The translations under genes and the position numbers were made by a program. The notes below the pieces were generated by a model, which searched no databases, had not been told where the DNA came from, and worked only from the letters and a program-made list of their open reading frames with translations. From an uncultured Eubacteriales bacterium (lineage in GTDB: Bacteria; Bacillota; Clostridia; TANB77; UBA1234), in contig CAZNFG010000002.1 in NCBI GenBank assembly GCA_964572605.1, forward strand, positions 26,895 to 90,894: 64,000 nt of DNA. The letters run 5' to 3'. Positions 30,277 to 39,526 of this stretch are shown here, piece by piece; position 1 is the stretch's first letter, and every line of letters starts with the position of its first letter.

Positions 30277-32025
30277 ATGGAAGAGAAAGTTAAAATAACA
30301 ATTGATGGTAAAGAGTTAGAAGTACCAAAAACATATACAGTGCTAGATGCTGCTAGAAGTGCAGATATAGATATTCCAACACTTTGCCACCTTAAAGAAG
30401 TAAATGCAATAGGCGCATGCAGAATGTGTATCGTTGAAGTTGAAGGTGCACGTGGATTTGTAACATCTTGTGTAATGCCAGTTAGTGATGGTATGGTAGT
30501 TAGAACAAACACAAAAGCAATTAGAGATGCAAGAAAAGTTACATTAGAACTTTTACTATCGAACCATGTTAAAGAATGTCTATCTTGTTCAAGAAGTGGT
30601 AGATGCGAATTACAAACATTAGCAAAAAAATTAAATGTAACAGATATTGAATATGAAGGAGATATGACAAAAAGAGAAATAGATGACTTTTCTCCATCAA
30701 TAATTAGAGATACAAGTAAATGTATTCTTTGCAAAAGATGTGTTGCAACATGTAATAAAGTTCAAAATGTTGGTGCAATATATACAATTAATAGAGGTTT
30801 TAAATCTAAGATAGGAACAGCATGTGATAAGTCTTTAAACGATGTTCCTTGTAGTCTTTGCGGACAATGTATACAAGCATGTCCAACAGGAGCATTAAGA
30901 GAAAAAGACAATACAGATGAAGTTTGGGAAGCATTAAATAATCCAGAACTTCATGTATTAGTTCAGACAGCACCTGCAGTTAGAGTGGCAATTGGGGAAG
31001 AATTTGATATGCCAATTGGAACTTTAGCAACAGGAAAGATGGTAACATCACTTAAAAAATTAGGATTTGAAAAAGTATTCGATACAGATAGTGGTGCAGA
31101 CTTAACAATAATGGAAGAAGGAACAGAATTAATTCAGAGATTACAAAATAATGGAGTGCTTCCAATGATTACATCTTGTAGTCCAGGATGGGTAAGATAT
31201 GCAGAAGGACATTATCCAGAATTACTAAATCATTTATCTACAGCAAAATCACCACATCAAATGTTTGGGGCAATATTAAAAACATACTATGCAGAAAAAG
31301 TTGGATTAGATCCATCTAAGATATTTGTAGTATCTGTAATGCCATGTGTTGCTAAAAAAGCTGAATCAGAAAGAGAAGAAATGAAAGTTAATAACTTAAG
31401 AGATGTTGATGCTGTTATTACAACAAGAGAAGTAGCAAGAATGATGAGAGAAGCAGGAATAGATTTAGCAAAACAAGAAGAAGGAACATTTGATGATCCA
31501 ATAGGAGAAGCAACAGGAGCTGGAGCGATTTTTGGAACAACAGGTGGAGTTATGGAAGCGGCACTTCGTACAGTAAAAGAAATCTTAACAGGTGAAAAAC
31601 TAGATAAGTTAGATTTTGAAGAAGTTCGTGGAGAAAAAGGAATAAAAGAAGCTACAGTTAAAATGGGAGATAAAGAAGTAAGAGTTGCAATAGCACATGG
31701 ATTAGGTAATGCTAAAAAAATAATGGATATGATAAAAGAAGGAAATGCACCATATGACTTCGTTGAAATTATGGCATGCCCAGGTGGATGTGTAATGGGT
31801 GGAGGACAACCAATCTGTGATAGCAAGACAAGAGCAACTGTAGACGTAAGAGCGTTGAGAGCAGGGGCACTTTATAAATATGATAAAGAACTAACAATAA
31901 GAAAATCTCATGAAAACCCATTTATTAAGAAACTATATGAAGAGTTTTTAGAAAAACCAGGAAGCCACAAAGCACATGAGTTATTACATACAACGTACCA
32001 TGAAAGAAAATATTTTGAAGATTAA
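30277..32025 (+). CDS. hydA: [FeFe]-hydrogenase catalytic subunit HydA (M3-type: 2Fe-2S + 3x4Fe-4S + H-cluster domain)
   Basis: N-terminal 2Fe-2S ferredoxin, a His-ligated cluster and two 4Fe-4S motifs. H-cluster motifs L2 MPCVAKKAE and L3 EIMACPGGCVMGGGQP are present. L1 reads TSCSPGW at 31171-31191. Confidence 0.9.
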   Translation: MEEKVKITIDGKELEVPKTYTVLDAARSADIDIPTLCHLKEVNAIGACRMCIVEVEGARGFVTSCVMPVSDGMVVRTNTKAIRDARKVTLELLLSNHVKECLSCSRSGRCELQTLAKKLNVTDIEYEGDMTKREIDDFSPSIIRDTSKCILCKRCVATCNKVQNVGAIYTINRGFKSKIGTACDKSLNDVPCSLCGQCIQACPTGALREKDNTDEVWEALNNPELHVLVQTAPAVRVAIGEEFDMPIGTLATGKMVTSLKKLGFEKVFDTDSGADLTIMEEGTELIQRLQNNGVLPMITSCSPGWVRYAEGHYPELLNHLSTAKSPHQMFGAILKTYYAEKVGLDPSKIFVVSVMPCVAKKAESEREEMKVNNLRDVDAVITTREVARMMREAGIDLAKQEEGTFDDPIGEATGAGAIFGTTGGVMEAALRTVKEILTGEKLDKLDFEEVRGEKGIKEATVKMGDKEVRVAIAHGLGNAKKIMDMIKEGNAPYDFVEIMACPGGCVMGGGQPICDSKTRATVDVRALRAGALYKYDKELTIRKSHENPFIKKLYEEFLEKPGSHKAHELLHTTYHERKYFED

Positions 32026-32032
32026 AGATATA

Positions 32033-32072
32033 AAAGCATTCGAGTTATCAAAATCGAATGCTTTCATTTTTT
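32033..32072 (+). terminator. Rho-independent terminator after hydA
   Basis: aaagcattcgag...tcgaatgcttt followed by cattttttat. Confidence 0.8.
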
Positions 32073-32176
32073 ATAATTTCTCAGTATCTTCAATTGTACC
32101 TAGCATCAAAGTTTGATATAATGAGCAAAGATAGTATTAAATATTTTAATGAAATATTATATATAAGGAGAAAAAA

Positions 32177-34102
32177 ATGAAAAAAAATATAATCTTTATT
32201 ATAGTTATAATTTGTCTTCTAATTTCTAATGGGTATTTTATATGGAAAGATTATTCAAGTCAGAAAGAAATTGAAGTAATTCTTCCAAGTGGTGATGAAA
32301 TAGAATATGAAGAACCTAGTGGAGAAGCAGAGATTATTAAGGAAAAAATTGAAGAAGTCGTTGTAAAAGAAGAAATAAGTGAAGATGATAAAGATAAAGC
32401 TTTAGAGATATATAAAGAATATGATGTTATAGTATTTTATGCTGAACCGGAAGGAATATCAGCTGCAATTTCTGCTGCACGAAATGATAAAAAAATCTTG
32501 TTAGTGGAAAAAAGAGATGGACCTGGTGGTCTTATGACATATGGAATGCTTAACACAATAGATATGAATTATAATTTTGATAAAACACTTTTAAGCAAAG
32601 GAATTTTTGAGGAGTTTTTTGATAAAATTGAAAGACGAGTATCTTTTGATGTGAATACAGCAAAAAAAGCTTTTGAAGAAATGTTAGATAATGAAGAAAA
32701 TATTGATGTCCTGTATGATGTTAAAGAGATTAGGATTGGTTCGGATGGCTCTACAATAGAGTATGCAATTATAGATGATAAAAAATATGTTGCAAGTATG
32801 TATATAGATTGCAGTCAAGATGCTGATATTACTGCCGCTGCAGGTGGTGAATATGTTGAGGGCTGGGAAGATATAAATGAGAAAAATAGAGCAATGTCTG
32901 CTACATTAATAATTGCAATGAAAGATGTTGATTGGGATAAATGTTGTGAAGCAGTAAAAAAAGAAAATATTCCAAACACTGGGTATACTTCTGATAGTAT
33001 TTGGGCATTTGCAGATAGAACCAAAAATTATATTCCAAAGCAACCTCATATGAAATTAAAAGGATTAAATATTGGATTACAAAATGATAAAACAGTTTTA
33101 ATTAATTCTTTACAGATTATAAATGTTAATATGCTAGATAACAATGCAAAAGAAAAAGCATATGAAAAATGCGTTAAAGAGGCGGAAAATGTAGCAAAGT
33201 TCTTGTCTGAAAATATTCCGGGATTTGAAAATGCAACACTTGCTTATGTAGCTCCTGAATTTTACATTAGAGAAACAAGACATATTGTTGGTGAGAACAG
33301 ACTTACTGTAAAAGATATATTAGAATCTACTTATTCATATAATGCAATTGCAATGGCTTCATATCCAATTGATGTTCAAACAACAAGCATTTATGATTGG
33401 GGATATATTATTGGTGCACCAGATCAATATTATATTTCTATGGGAACAGTAATTCCAAAGGGTTTTACTAATCTTATGACAATTGGACGTTCGGGTTCAT
33501 ATACATCAATTGCAGCTGGTTCAGCAAGAGTAATACCAACGGGAATGACACTTGCTGAATCTGCAGGTGTTATTGCAGCAGTTTGTGTTGAACGTGGAAT
33601 AGACTTACAAAAGCTTTTAAATGAGAGTTTAATTAAAAGAGATGTTATAAACAGAATAAAAATGCAAGGAGTCTATTTGGAAAAAGAATCAAAGCCAGTA
33701 ATAGATGTGAATGGAAGATATTATGATTTTATAATAGAGATGTGTGAACTTGGAATATTAAGTTTAGGATATGATAATAAATTTAATCCAGATGATTATT
33801 TATCTGAGAGAGAATTTATTATTCTTACAAAAACATATTTAAAGAGAAACTTTTTAAGCGAAGATTTTTGGAATACAGATCATATAAATTTACTAGACGC
33901 AACTGAAGGCAATATTACTGCAAACCGTGCAAAAGAAATTTTGTATGATATAACAACATTTAGTATTGAAGACGAAACAATGAAAGAAAAAATTGAAAAC
34001 TATATTAATACTGTTGCTCCAATGGGAAATGACTATTTAAGCACGGTAAGAGTATATGAAATACTAAGATATTTTAAAAATTTCTTAATAAAAAATGTTT
34101 AA
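32177..34102 (+). CDS. FAD-dependent-oxidoreductase-like protein (PF12831-like fold) with N-terminal TM anchor and a degenerate dinucleotide-binding motif
   Basis: The Rossmann-like N-terminus reads VIVFYAEPEGISAAISAAR where GGGPAG is expected, followed by LLVEKRDGPGGL. 641 aa. Confidence 0.55.
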   Translation: MKKNIIFIIVIICLLISNGYFIWKDYSSQKEIEVILPSGDEIEYEEPSGEAEIIKEKIEEVVVKEEISEDDKDKALEIYKEYDVIVFYAEPEGISAAISAARNDKKILLVEKRDGPGGLMTYGMLNTIDMNYNFDKTLLSKGIFEEFFDKIERRVSFDVNTAKKAFEEMLDNEENIDVLYDVKEIRIGSDGSTIEYAIIDDKKYVASMYIDCSQDADITAAAGGEYVEGWEDINEKNRAMSATLIIAMKDVDWDKCCEAVKKENIPNTGYTSDSIWAFADRTKNYIPKQPHMKLKGLNIGLQNDKTVLINSLQIINVNMLDNNAKEKAYEKCVKEAENVAKFLSENIPGFENATLAYVAPEFYIRETRHIVGENRLTVKDILESTYSYNAIAMASYPIDVQTTSIYDWGYIIGAPDQYYISMGTVIPKGFTNLMTIGRSGSYTSIAAGSARVIPTGMTLAESAGVIAAVCVERGIDLQKLLNESLIKRDVINRIKMQGVYLEKESKPVIDVNGRYYDFIIEMCELGILSLGYDNKFNPDDYLSEREFIILTKTYLKRNFLSEDFWNTDHINLLDATEGNITANRAKEILYDITTFSIEDETMKEKIENYINTVAPMGNDYLSTVRVYEILRYFKNFLIKNV

Positions 34103-34128
34103 GAAATAAAACAAAAGGAAAGATTTAA

Positions 34129-36041
34129 ATGAATTATAGAATAACAAATGGATCTGTATCTTTTGGTGCAGATACAATATTAGAAGAAATAAATATAGAA
34201 ATTAAAGATAAAGAAAAGATTGCGATTGTAGGACGTAATGGATCTGGAAAGACAACGCTTTTAAATGCTATCATAAATGAAGAATTATTAGAAGAAGGCA
34301 TTGGAGAAGATAAGTTTAATGTATATAGACAAGGCTCTCCTACAATTGGATATTTAAAACAAGTAAGTTTTAATAATGAAGATAAAACATTATTAGATGC
34401 AGTATTAGAAGAATATAAAGATGTTATTGAAGCAGAATTAAAGCTTGCACGTATTGAAGCAGAGCTTGCAAAAAATTCTACAGAAGAATTAGTTAGAGAG
34501 TATGCCAAAACACGTGATAGGTATGAAATGCTTGATGGATATGTGTATAAAAAAGAATATGAAACTATGATTAGAAAATTTGGCTTTTCAAAAGAAGAAG
34601 AAGGTAAAAGAATTTCTGAATTTTCTGGTGGACAAAAAACGAGAATTGCTTTTATAAAACTTTTAATTAGTAAACCTGATATATTGCTTTTAGACGAACC
34701 TACTAATCACTTAGATATTGAGACAATAGAATGGCTTGAGGGATATTTGAGAAATTATAAAAAAGCAATTGTAATAGTATCACATGATAGAATGTTTATA
34801 AATAAAATCGTAAGCAAGATTTATGAAATTGAATACGGAGTTACTACTGAATACAAAGGAAATTATGAAGACTTTGAAAGACAGAAAATAATGAACTATG
34901 AAAAACAACTTAAAGATTATGAATTTCAACAAAAAGAAATTAAGAGATTAATGAGTGTTGTTGAAAGATTTAGATACAAAGCAACAAAAGCTAAAATGGC
35001 ACAATCTAAATTAAAACAAATTGAACACATGGTAAAGATAAAAGAACCAAGCAGATATGATTTAAAAACATTTAAAACAAATTTTGATATTAAAATTGAA
35101 AGTGGAAAAAATGTATTATCTGTGAGTGATTTGAAAATTGGATATGATAATGTCTTGGCAAACGTTTCTTTTAATGTTTTTAAAGGACAAAAGATTGGCA
35201 TTATTGGTGCAAATGGAATAGGTAAATCTACACTTTTAAAAACTCTAATTGGAAAAGTTGAAAAATTACGGTGGAGATTATGAATTTGGATATAATGTTC
35301 AAAAAGAATACTTTGATCAAGATTTAGGTTTTTCTGATGACAATAAAACAATATTTGATGAATTTAAAGATACGTTTTTAAGACTAAATGATAGAGAAGT
35401 AAGAAGTGCACTTGCTGCATTTTTATTTACAGGCGATGATGTATTTAAAGAAATAAAAGTACTTTCTGGTGGAGAAAAAGTAAGACTTAAGCTTTGTGAA
35501 ATATTTAAAAAAGGTCCTAATCTACTAATACTAGATGAGCCTACAAACCATATGGATATACTCGGAAAAGAAAGCCTTGAAAGAATCTTACGGAGAATAT
35601 GAAGGTACAATTATATTTGTATCTCACGATAGATACTTTGTAAATAAAGTTGCAGACAGTTTATTAATATTTGAAAATGATGGTGTAAAATATTTTGGTG
35701 GAAAATATGATGAATACTTAAATAAAAAATATGAAAGTGAACAAATTGAAAAAGACAACATACAAAATGAAAACAATATCGTTAAACCCAAAAAAGAAAA
35801 TGATTATTTTTTGAATAAAGAAAAAATTAAAATGCAAAATAGAATTAAAAAAATAGAATCAGAAATAAGTTTGCGAGAAGAAGAACTTAAAAGTTTAACA
35901 GAAGAAATGGAAAAAGAAGAAGTTTACTCAGACTATATTGCACTAACTAATTTGCAAGAACAAATCAAAGCAAAAAATATTGAAATAGAAGAATTCATAA
36001 ATGAGTGGGGAGAAATAAATAAAAAATTGGGAGATAACTAA
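34129..36041 (+). CDS. ABC-F family ATPase (two nucleotide-binding domains, no TMD; translation-factor/antibiotic-resistance type); frame interrupted twice at CGG 35269-35271 and 35591-35593
   Basis: NBD1 carries GRNGSGKTT...LSGGQKTR...LLLDEPTNHLD. NBD2 carries GANGIGKST, with the continuations GGDYEFGYNVQ and GEYEGTIIFVSHDRYF each in the +1 frame after a cgg. A C-terminal coiled-coil tail is present. The three ORF fragments concatenate to about 637 aa. Confidence 0.8.
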
Positions 36042-36042
36042 T

Positions 36043-36530
36043 ATGTTAGAAAAGAAAGATGCTAGGGAAAAATATCTTTTATGTAGAAAAAATGTATTAA
36101 ATAAAGAAGAAAAATCTGACATAATATTTAATAAAATTATAAATCTTGAAATATATAAAAACACTAATGTTATAGCTTTATATAGTAATTATAAAGATGA
36201 AGTAGCTACAGAAAAATTAATAAAATATTCTTTAGAACAAGGAAAAATAGTTGCACTTCCAAAAGTATTAGATGAATGTAATATGAATTTTTTTGATGCA
36301 GAAGGAAAACTAATTAGTAAAGATTTAATAGAATTAATTATTGTTCCGCGGAGTTTGTTTTGATAGAGAAAAAAACAGAATAGGTTTTGGTAAACGGATA
36401 TTATGATAGATATTTAAAAAATGTTAGTAAAGCTTTCAAAATTGGAATTTGTTTTTCTGAACAACTATGTGAGGATAAAATAAGATGTGAAGAACATGAT
36501 GTGAAGATGGATATGATAATTTCTGATAAA
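36043..36530 (+). CDS. 5-formyltetrahydrofolate cyclo-ligase (MTHFS); frame interrupted twice at CGG 36349-36351 and 36395-36397
   Basis: The product reads ...LIELIIVP then cgg; GVCFDREKNRIGFGK then cgg; GYYDRYLKNV... The conserved MTHFS motif PG.AFD..G.R.G.G.GYYDR is restored only by +1 at both sites. Confidence 0.7.
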
Positions 36531-36595
36531 TAAAAATTAAAAGCGCCAACTTAAAAAAGTTGGCGCTTGTTAATTAATTAGCTGGGGTTTATGCT

Positions 36596-36796
36596 CTACG
36601 TTGAAATGTTTTTGTCGTTATAATATTGAAATCTGCAAAAATTTCTTCCACTGGAATCAATTCCAACTATCACGACTTCGACTGAATCCAAGGAATGATT
36701 GTAGATAACTTCTGATACGGCTGCTGTTTTCTTTAGATCATCTACTGCCTTGTCAACTTGTTTTCTAATAGCTACATTCCGCTTAAACTTATCCAA
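36596..36796 (-). CDS. hypothetical small protein (66 aa), uncertain
   Basis: TTG start 9 nt after aggagg. Contains an in-frame cgg followed by A (aag cgg aat). No homology recognised. Confidence 0.3.
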   Translation of the reverse strand: MDKFKRNVAIRKQVDKAVDDLKKTAAVSEVIYNHSLDSVEVVIVGIDSSGRNFCRFQYYNDKNIST

Positions 36797-36826
36797 AATC
36801 GTAAATCCTCCTAAAAAATATTTTTC

Positions 36827-37351
36827 CTAGACAATACTGTTTTCCCTGAAAGCATCAAAAAGTCTTTCAAATTCTTCATAATGATTTTTGAAAAACAAGT
36901 CTTTTGCTGCAAGTTCTTTTATTCGTTCGATAGAAGCCCACTCTACAAAAGCTACTTCATCTTCTTGAATAGATAATGTCGAGATGTCAAGATCTTTCTT
37001 CATATAGTACACATCAAAGAAAACCTGAGTCTCATCTTGGCGACCAGAATATATTAACTTTAATTCATCTGGACTAATAACTAGACCAAGCTCTTCTTGT
37101 ACTTCGGTAATGATACCTTGAACACTTGATTCACCTGATTTTGGATGTCCACCAGTAGAAGCATATTTACCATTTTTCTTTTCGGACCTTTTCTGGATTA
37201 GAAAGTCTCCCATGGCATTTTGAATAAAGATTAAGACAACTAAGATGTAGTTATTCTTAGGAATTAAGTCTCCTTTTTTTATAGATTTGCCAGTTAGAGT
37301 ACGATTGATATCGTATAAATCCCTATATTCCACAAAAAACCCTCCTTCCAA
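36827..37351 (-). CDS. NUDIX hydrolase
   Basis: Nudix box GGHPKSGESSVQGIITEVQEELGL matches G-x5-E-x7-REUxEExGU. Confidence 0.8.
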   Translation of the reverse strand: MEGGFFVEYRDLYDINRTLTGKSIKKGDLIPKNNYILVVLIFIQNAMGDFLIQKRSEKKNGKYASTGGHPKSGESSVQGIITEVQEELGLVISPDELKLIYSGRQDETQVFFDVYYMKKDLDISTLSIQEDEVAFVEWASIERIKELAAKDLFFKNHYEEFERLFDAFRENSIV

Positions 37352-37622
37352 CTAGTTATTATAAGCTTTTAAAACAAGATCAAATTACGAGGCTTATTAT
37401 AACACTAATAGAGATATCTAGCAACAACTTATGTATACAAATTGTATACAAATAGAGTGATTTTTAAAAGCAATTTGCATTTAATGAATTTGGATAAAGA
37501 AAGTTATATATAAATTTTAATAGTGCCGATATTGACTTTTAAACACAACTATAATAAATTCTATTTATAAGAGTACGTATAATAAATGTTAAAAACAAAT
37601 TAATTTTCAAGGAGATGAAATT

Positions 37623-38441
37623 ATGAGTGAAAGCATTAATACCGAAGAGAAAAACGAGAACTCAGAACATTTAAAAATTAATTCACAAGAAACACTTTTT
37701 TCATGGCTTTTATCACTGGGAAAAGCAGGATTTAAAAGTCTTCCACAAATGGGAAAAACATTGGGAATACAACTTGGAATAGTAATCTTATTTCAACTAG
37801 TATTTTGGTGGGAAAAAATAGCACAATTTATCCCAAATTTCATAAAAATGCCAGTGATATTTTTAACTGCTACTTATAACAATATTATTCCAAAGACACT
37901 TTATTGGATTATACTTTTTACTTTTGGAAAAAAATTGCTTTCAAGAATTAGAACTGTTGGATTCAAAAAGGCAATGAGTCCAATACTTTCTACAGTTCCT
38001 GATATAAAAAGAGCATATATTTATCTTAAAGCACAAGCTCTTTCACTACTTATGATTGGTGGTGGAGTTGGGCTGGCAATTGCAAACAATTTTGCTTCGT
38101 ATAGCAGATTTAGCGGGGCAAGAAACAAGTTTGATAAATATTTTATTGTTATTATTATTTCTTTTACGATTTCATATTTATTGGGTGAAGGAAGAAAACA
38201 TTGGATTTTCAAATTCTGCAGACTAATTTCTTCTGATATATCACATTTGTTTAAATTAAAAAATAATTATACAGATAATTACACATATTTAATATCTTCA
38301 GGTTTTGTTCTTGGATTAATTGCTGATGCACCATTAATTTTTATGAAATTAAAGTATGGTGGATATATTCTAGGAATAGTATGCATAATAATTGGTATAG
38401 TTCTAAATGTTAAATATCGTTGGAAAAGGAAAAAAGTATGA
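37623..38441 (+). CDS. hypothetical polytopic membrane protein, first gene of an operon with the SPASM-domain protein
   Basis: 272-aa product with about six TM helices. Its stop overlaps the start of the next gene (ATGA). Confidence 0.55.
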   Translation: MSESINTEEKNENSEHLKINSQETLFSWLLSLGKAGFKSLPQMGKTLGIQLGIVILFQLVFWWEKIAQFIPNFIKMPVIFLTATYNNIIPKTLYWIILFTFGKKLLSRIRTVGFKKAMSPILSTVPDIKRAYIYLKAQALSLLMIGGGVGLAIANNFASYSRFSGARNKFDKYFIVIIISFTISYLLGEGRKHWIFKFCRLISSDISHLFKLKNNYTDNYTYLISSGFVLGLIADAPLIFMKLKYGGYILGIVCIIIGIVLNVKYRWKRKKV

Positions 38442-39526
38442 TAGTTGTGCGTGATAATAAATACCACTATGTGTCAATGTTTGATGAGAAAACGGGGACA
38501 GGTATTCGTAGTAATATTTTAGATGAAAATAATAATGATACGGGAAAAGATCCTTTCATGGGGAGCTTTCCAGAGCTTTTAGATGTTGGTATTATGGGGC
38601 ATTGTGCACATGGCAAGAGCGGTTATTGTTTAAAATCTGGTGTTCAATGTTATCAAAACGGTAATACCATTTATGAAGATAATATGTCTTTTGAAAAGTT
38701 TAAAAGAATAATTGATGAATGTAAGAATAGAACGTTTCAGGTTGCTTTAGGTGGTAGAGGCGATCCAGACATGCATGAAAATATAGAAGAAATTTTAGAA
38801 TATGCAAAAGAAAATAATGTGGTACCTAACTTTACCACATCTGGATTTGGATTAAAGAAAAGTTTATTACCTACAATAAAAAAATGCTGTGGAGCAGTTG
38901 CTGTTAGCTGGTATAGAAATGAATATACACTAAATGCAATTGATATGCTTACTTCATTTGGAATAAAAACAAATATACATTATTGTTTATCAAAAAGTAC
39001 AATTGATGAAGCAATTGATATGATGGAAAATAAAAAATATCCTGATGGGATAAACAGAATGATTTTCCTACTTCATAAACCTGTAGGATTAGGAACAGAA
39101 GAAAATATACTTGATGTGAAAGATGAAAAAGTTGAGCACTTTTTCTCATTATTTGATATTGAGGAACTTGCAAATAAATCGGGATTTGATAGCTGCAGTG
39201 TTCCTGCAATAATAAATTTTACAAAGAACATAAATCCATTATGTATTGAAGCGTGTGAAGCGGGCAGATTTTCTGCATATGTTTCACCAGATTATAAATT
39301 ATATCCTTGTAGCTTTGAGAAAAATTCATATTATGGTATATCTCTTGAAGATAAATCAATTGAAGATGCTTGGAATAGTAAACAATTTAATGAATTTAGA
39401 ATGAGACAAAAAGATAAATGTCCGGGATGTCCTAAATATGATTCATGTTTCGGTGGATGTCCAATTGTTCCTAAAATAACTTTATGTAATAGCAAATATA
39501 AAGATTTAAAGGAGGTCAAAGTATGA
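38438..39526 (+). CDS. SPASM/twitch-domain radical-SAM-like protein with a non-canonical N-terminal Cys triad (C-x7-C-x6-C)
   Basis: The C-terminal region carries C-x2-C-x5-C-x3-C (CPGCPKYDSCFGGCP), a SPASM-type motif. The N-terminal region reads GIMGHCAHGKSGYCLKSGVQC in place of CxxxCxxC. An alternative in-frame ATG lies at 38420. Confidence 0.55.
   Translation: MIVVRDNKYHYVSMFDEKTGTGIRSNILDENNNDTGKDPFMGSFPELLDVGIMGHCAHGKSGYCLKSGVQCYQNGNTIYEDNMSFEKFKRIIDECKNRTFQVALGGRGDPDMHENIEEILEYAKENNVVPNFTTSGFGLKKSLLPTIKKCCGAVAVSWYRNEYTLNAIDMLTSFGIKTNIHYCLSKSTIDEAIDMMENKKYPDGINRMIFLLHKPVGLGTEENILDVKDEKVEHFFSLFDIEELANKSGFDSCSVPAIINFTKNINPLCIEACEAGRFSAYVSPDYKLYPCSFEKNSYYGISLEDKSIEDAWNSKQFNEFRMRQKDKCPGCPKYDSCFGGCPIVPKITLCNSKYKDLKEVKV

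Noticed and set aside
35258-35266. Homopolymer-length (poly-A) sequencing errors as the general cause of the frameshifts
   Set aside because: Only 2 of 15 sites (35258-35266, 45711-45715) lie next to an A-run, and both also contain the CGG-GGA motif. The other 13 are in non-repetitive sequence. The GT32 pseudogene, which does show A-run ambiguity and stops, behaves differently.
36596-36796. Treating the 66-aa minus-strand ORF as a confirmed gene and as a counterexample to the CGG rule
   Set aside because: It has only a TTG start and no homology. It would be truncated to 6 codons under +1 at its CGG. Kept as a low-confidence feature only.
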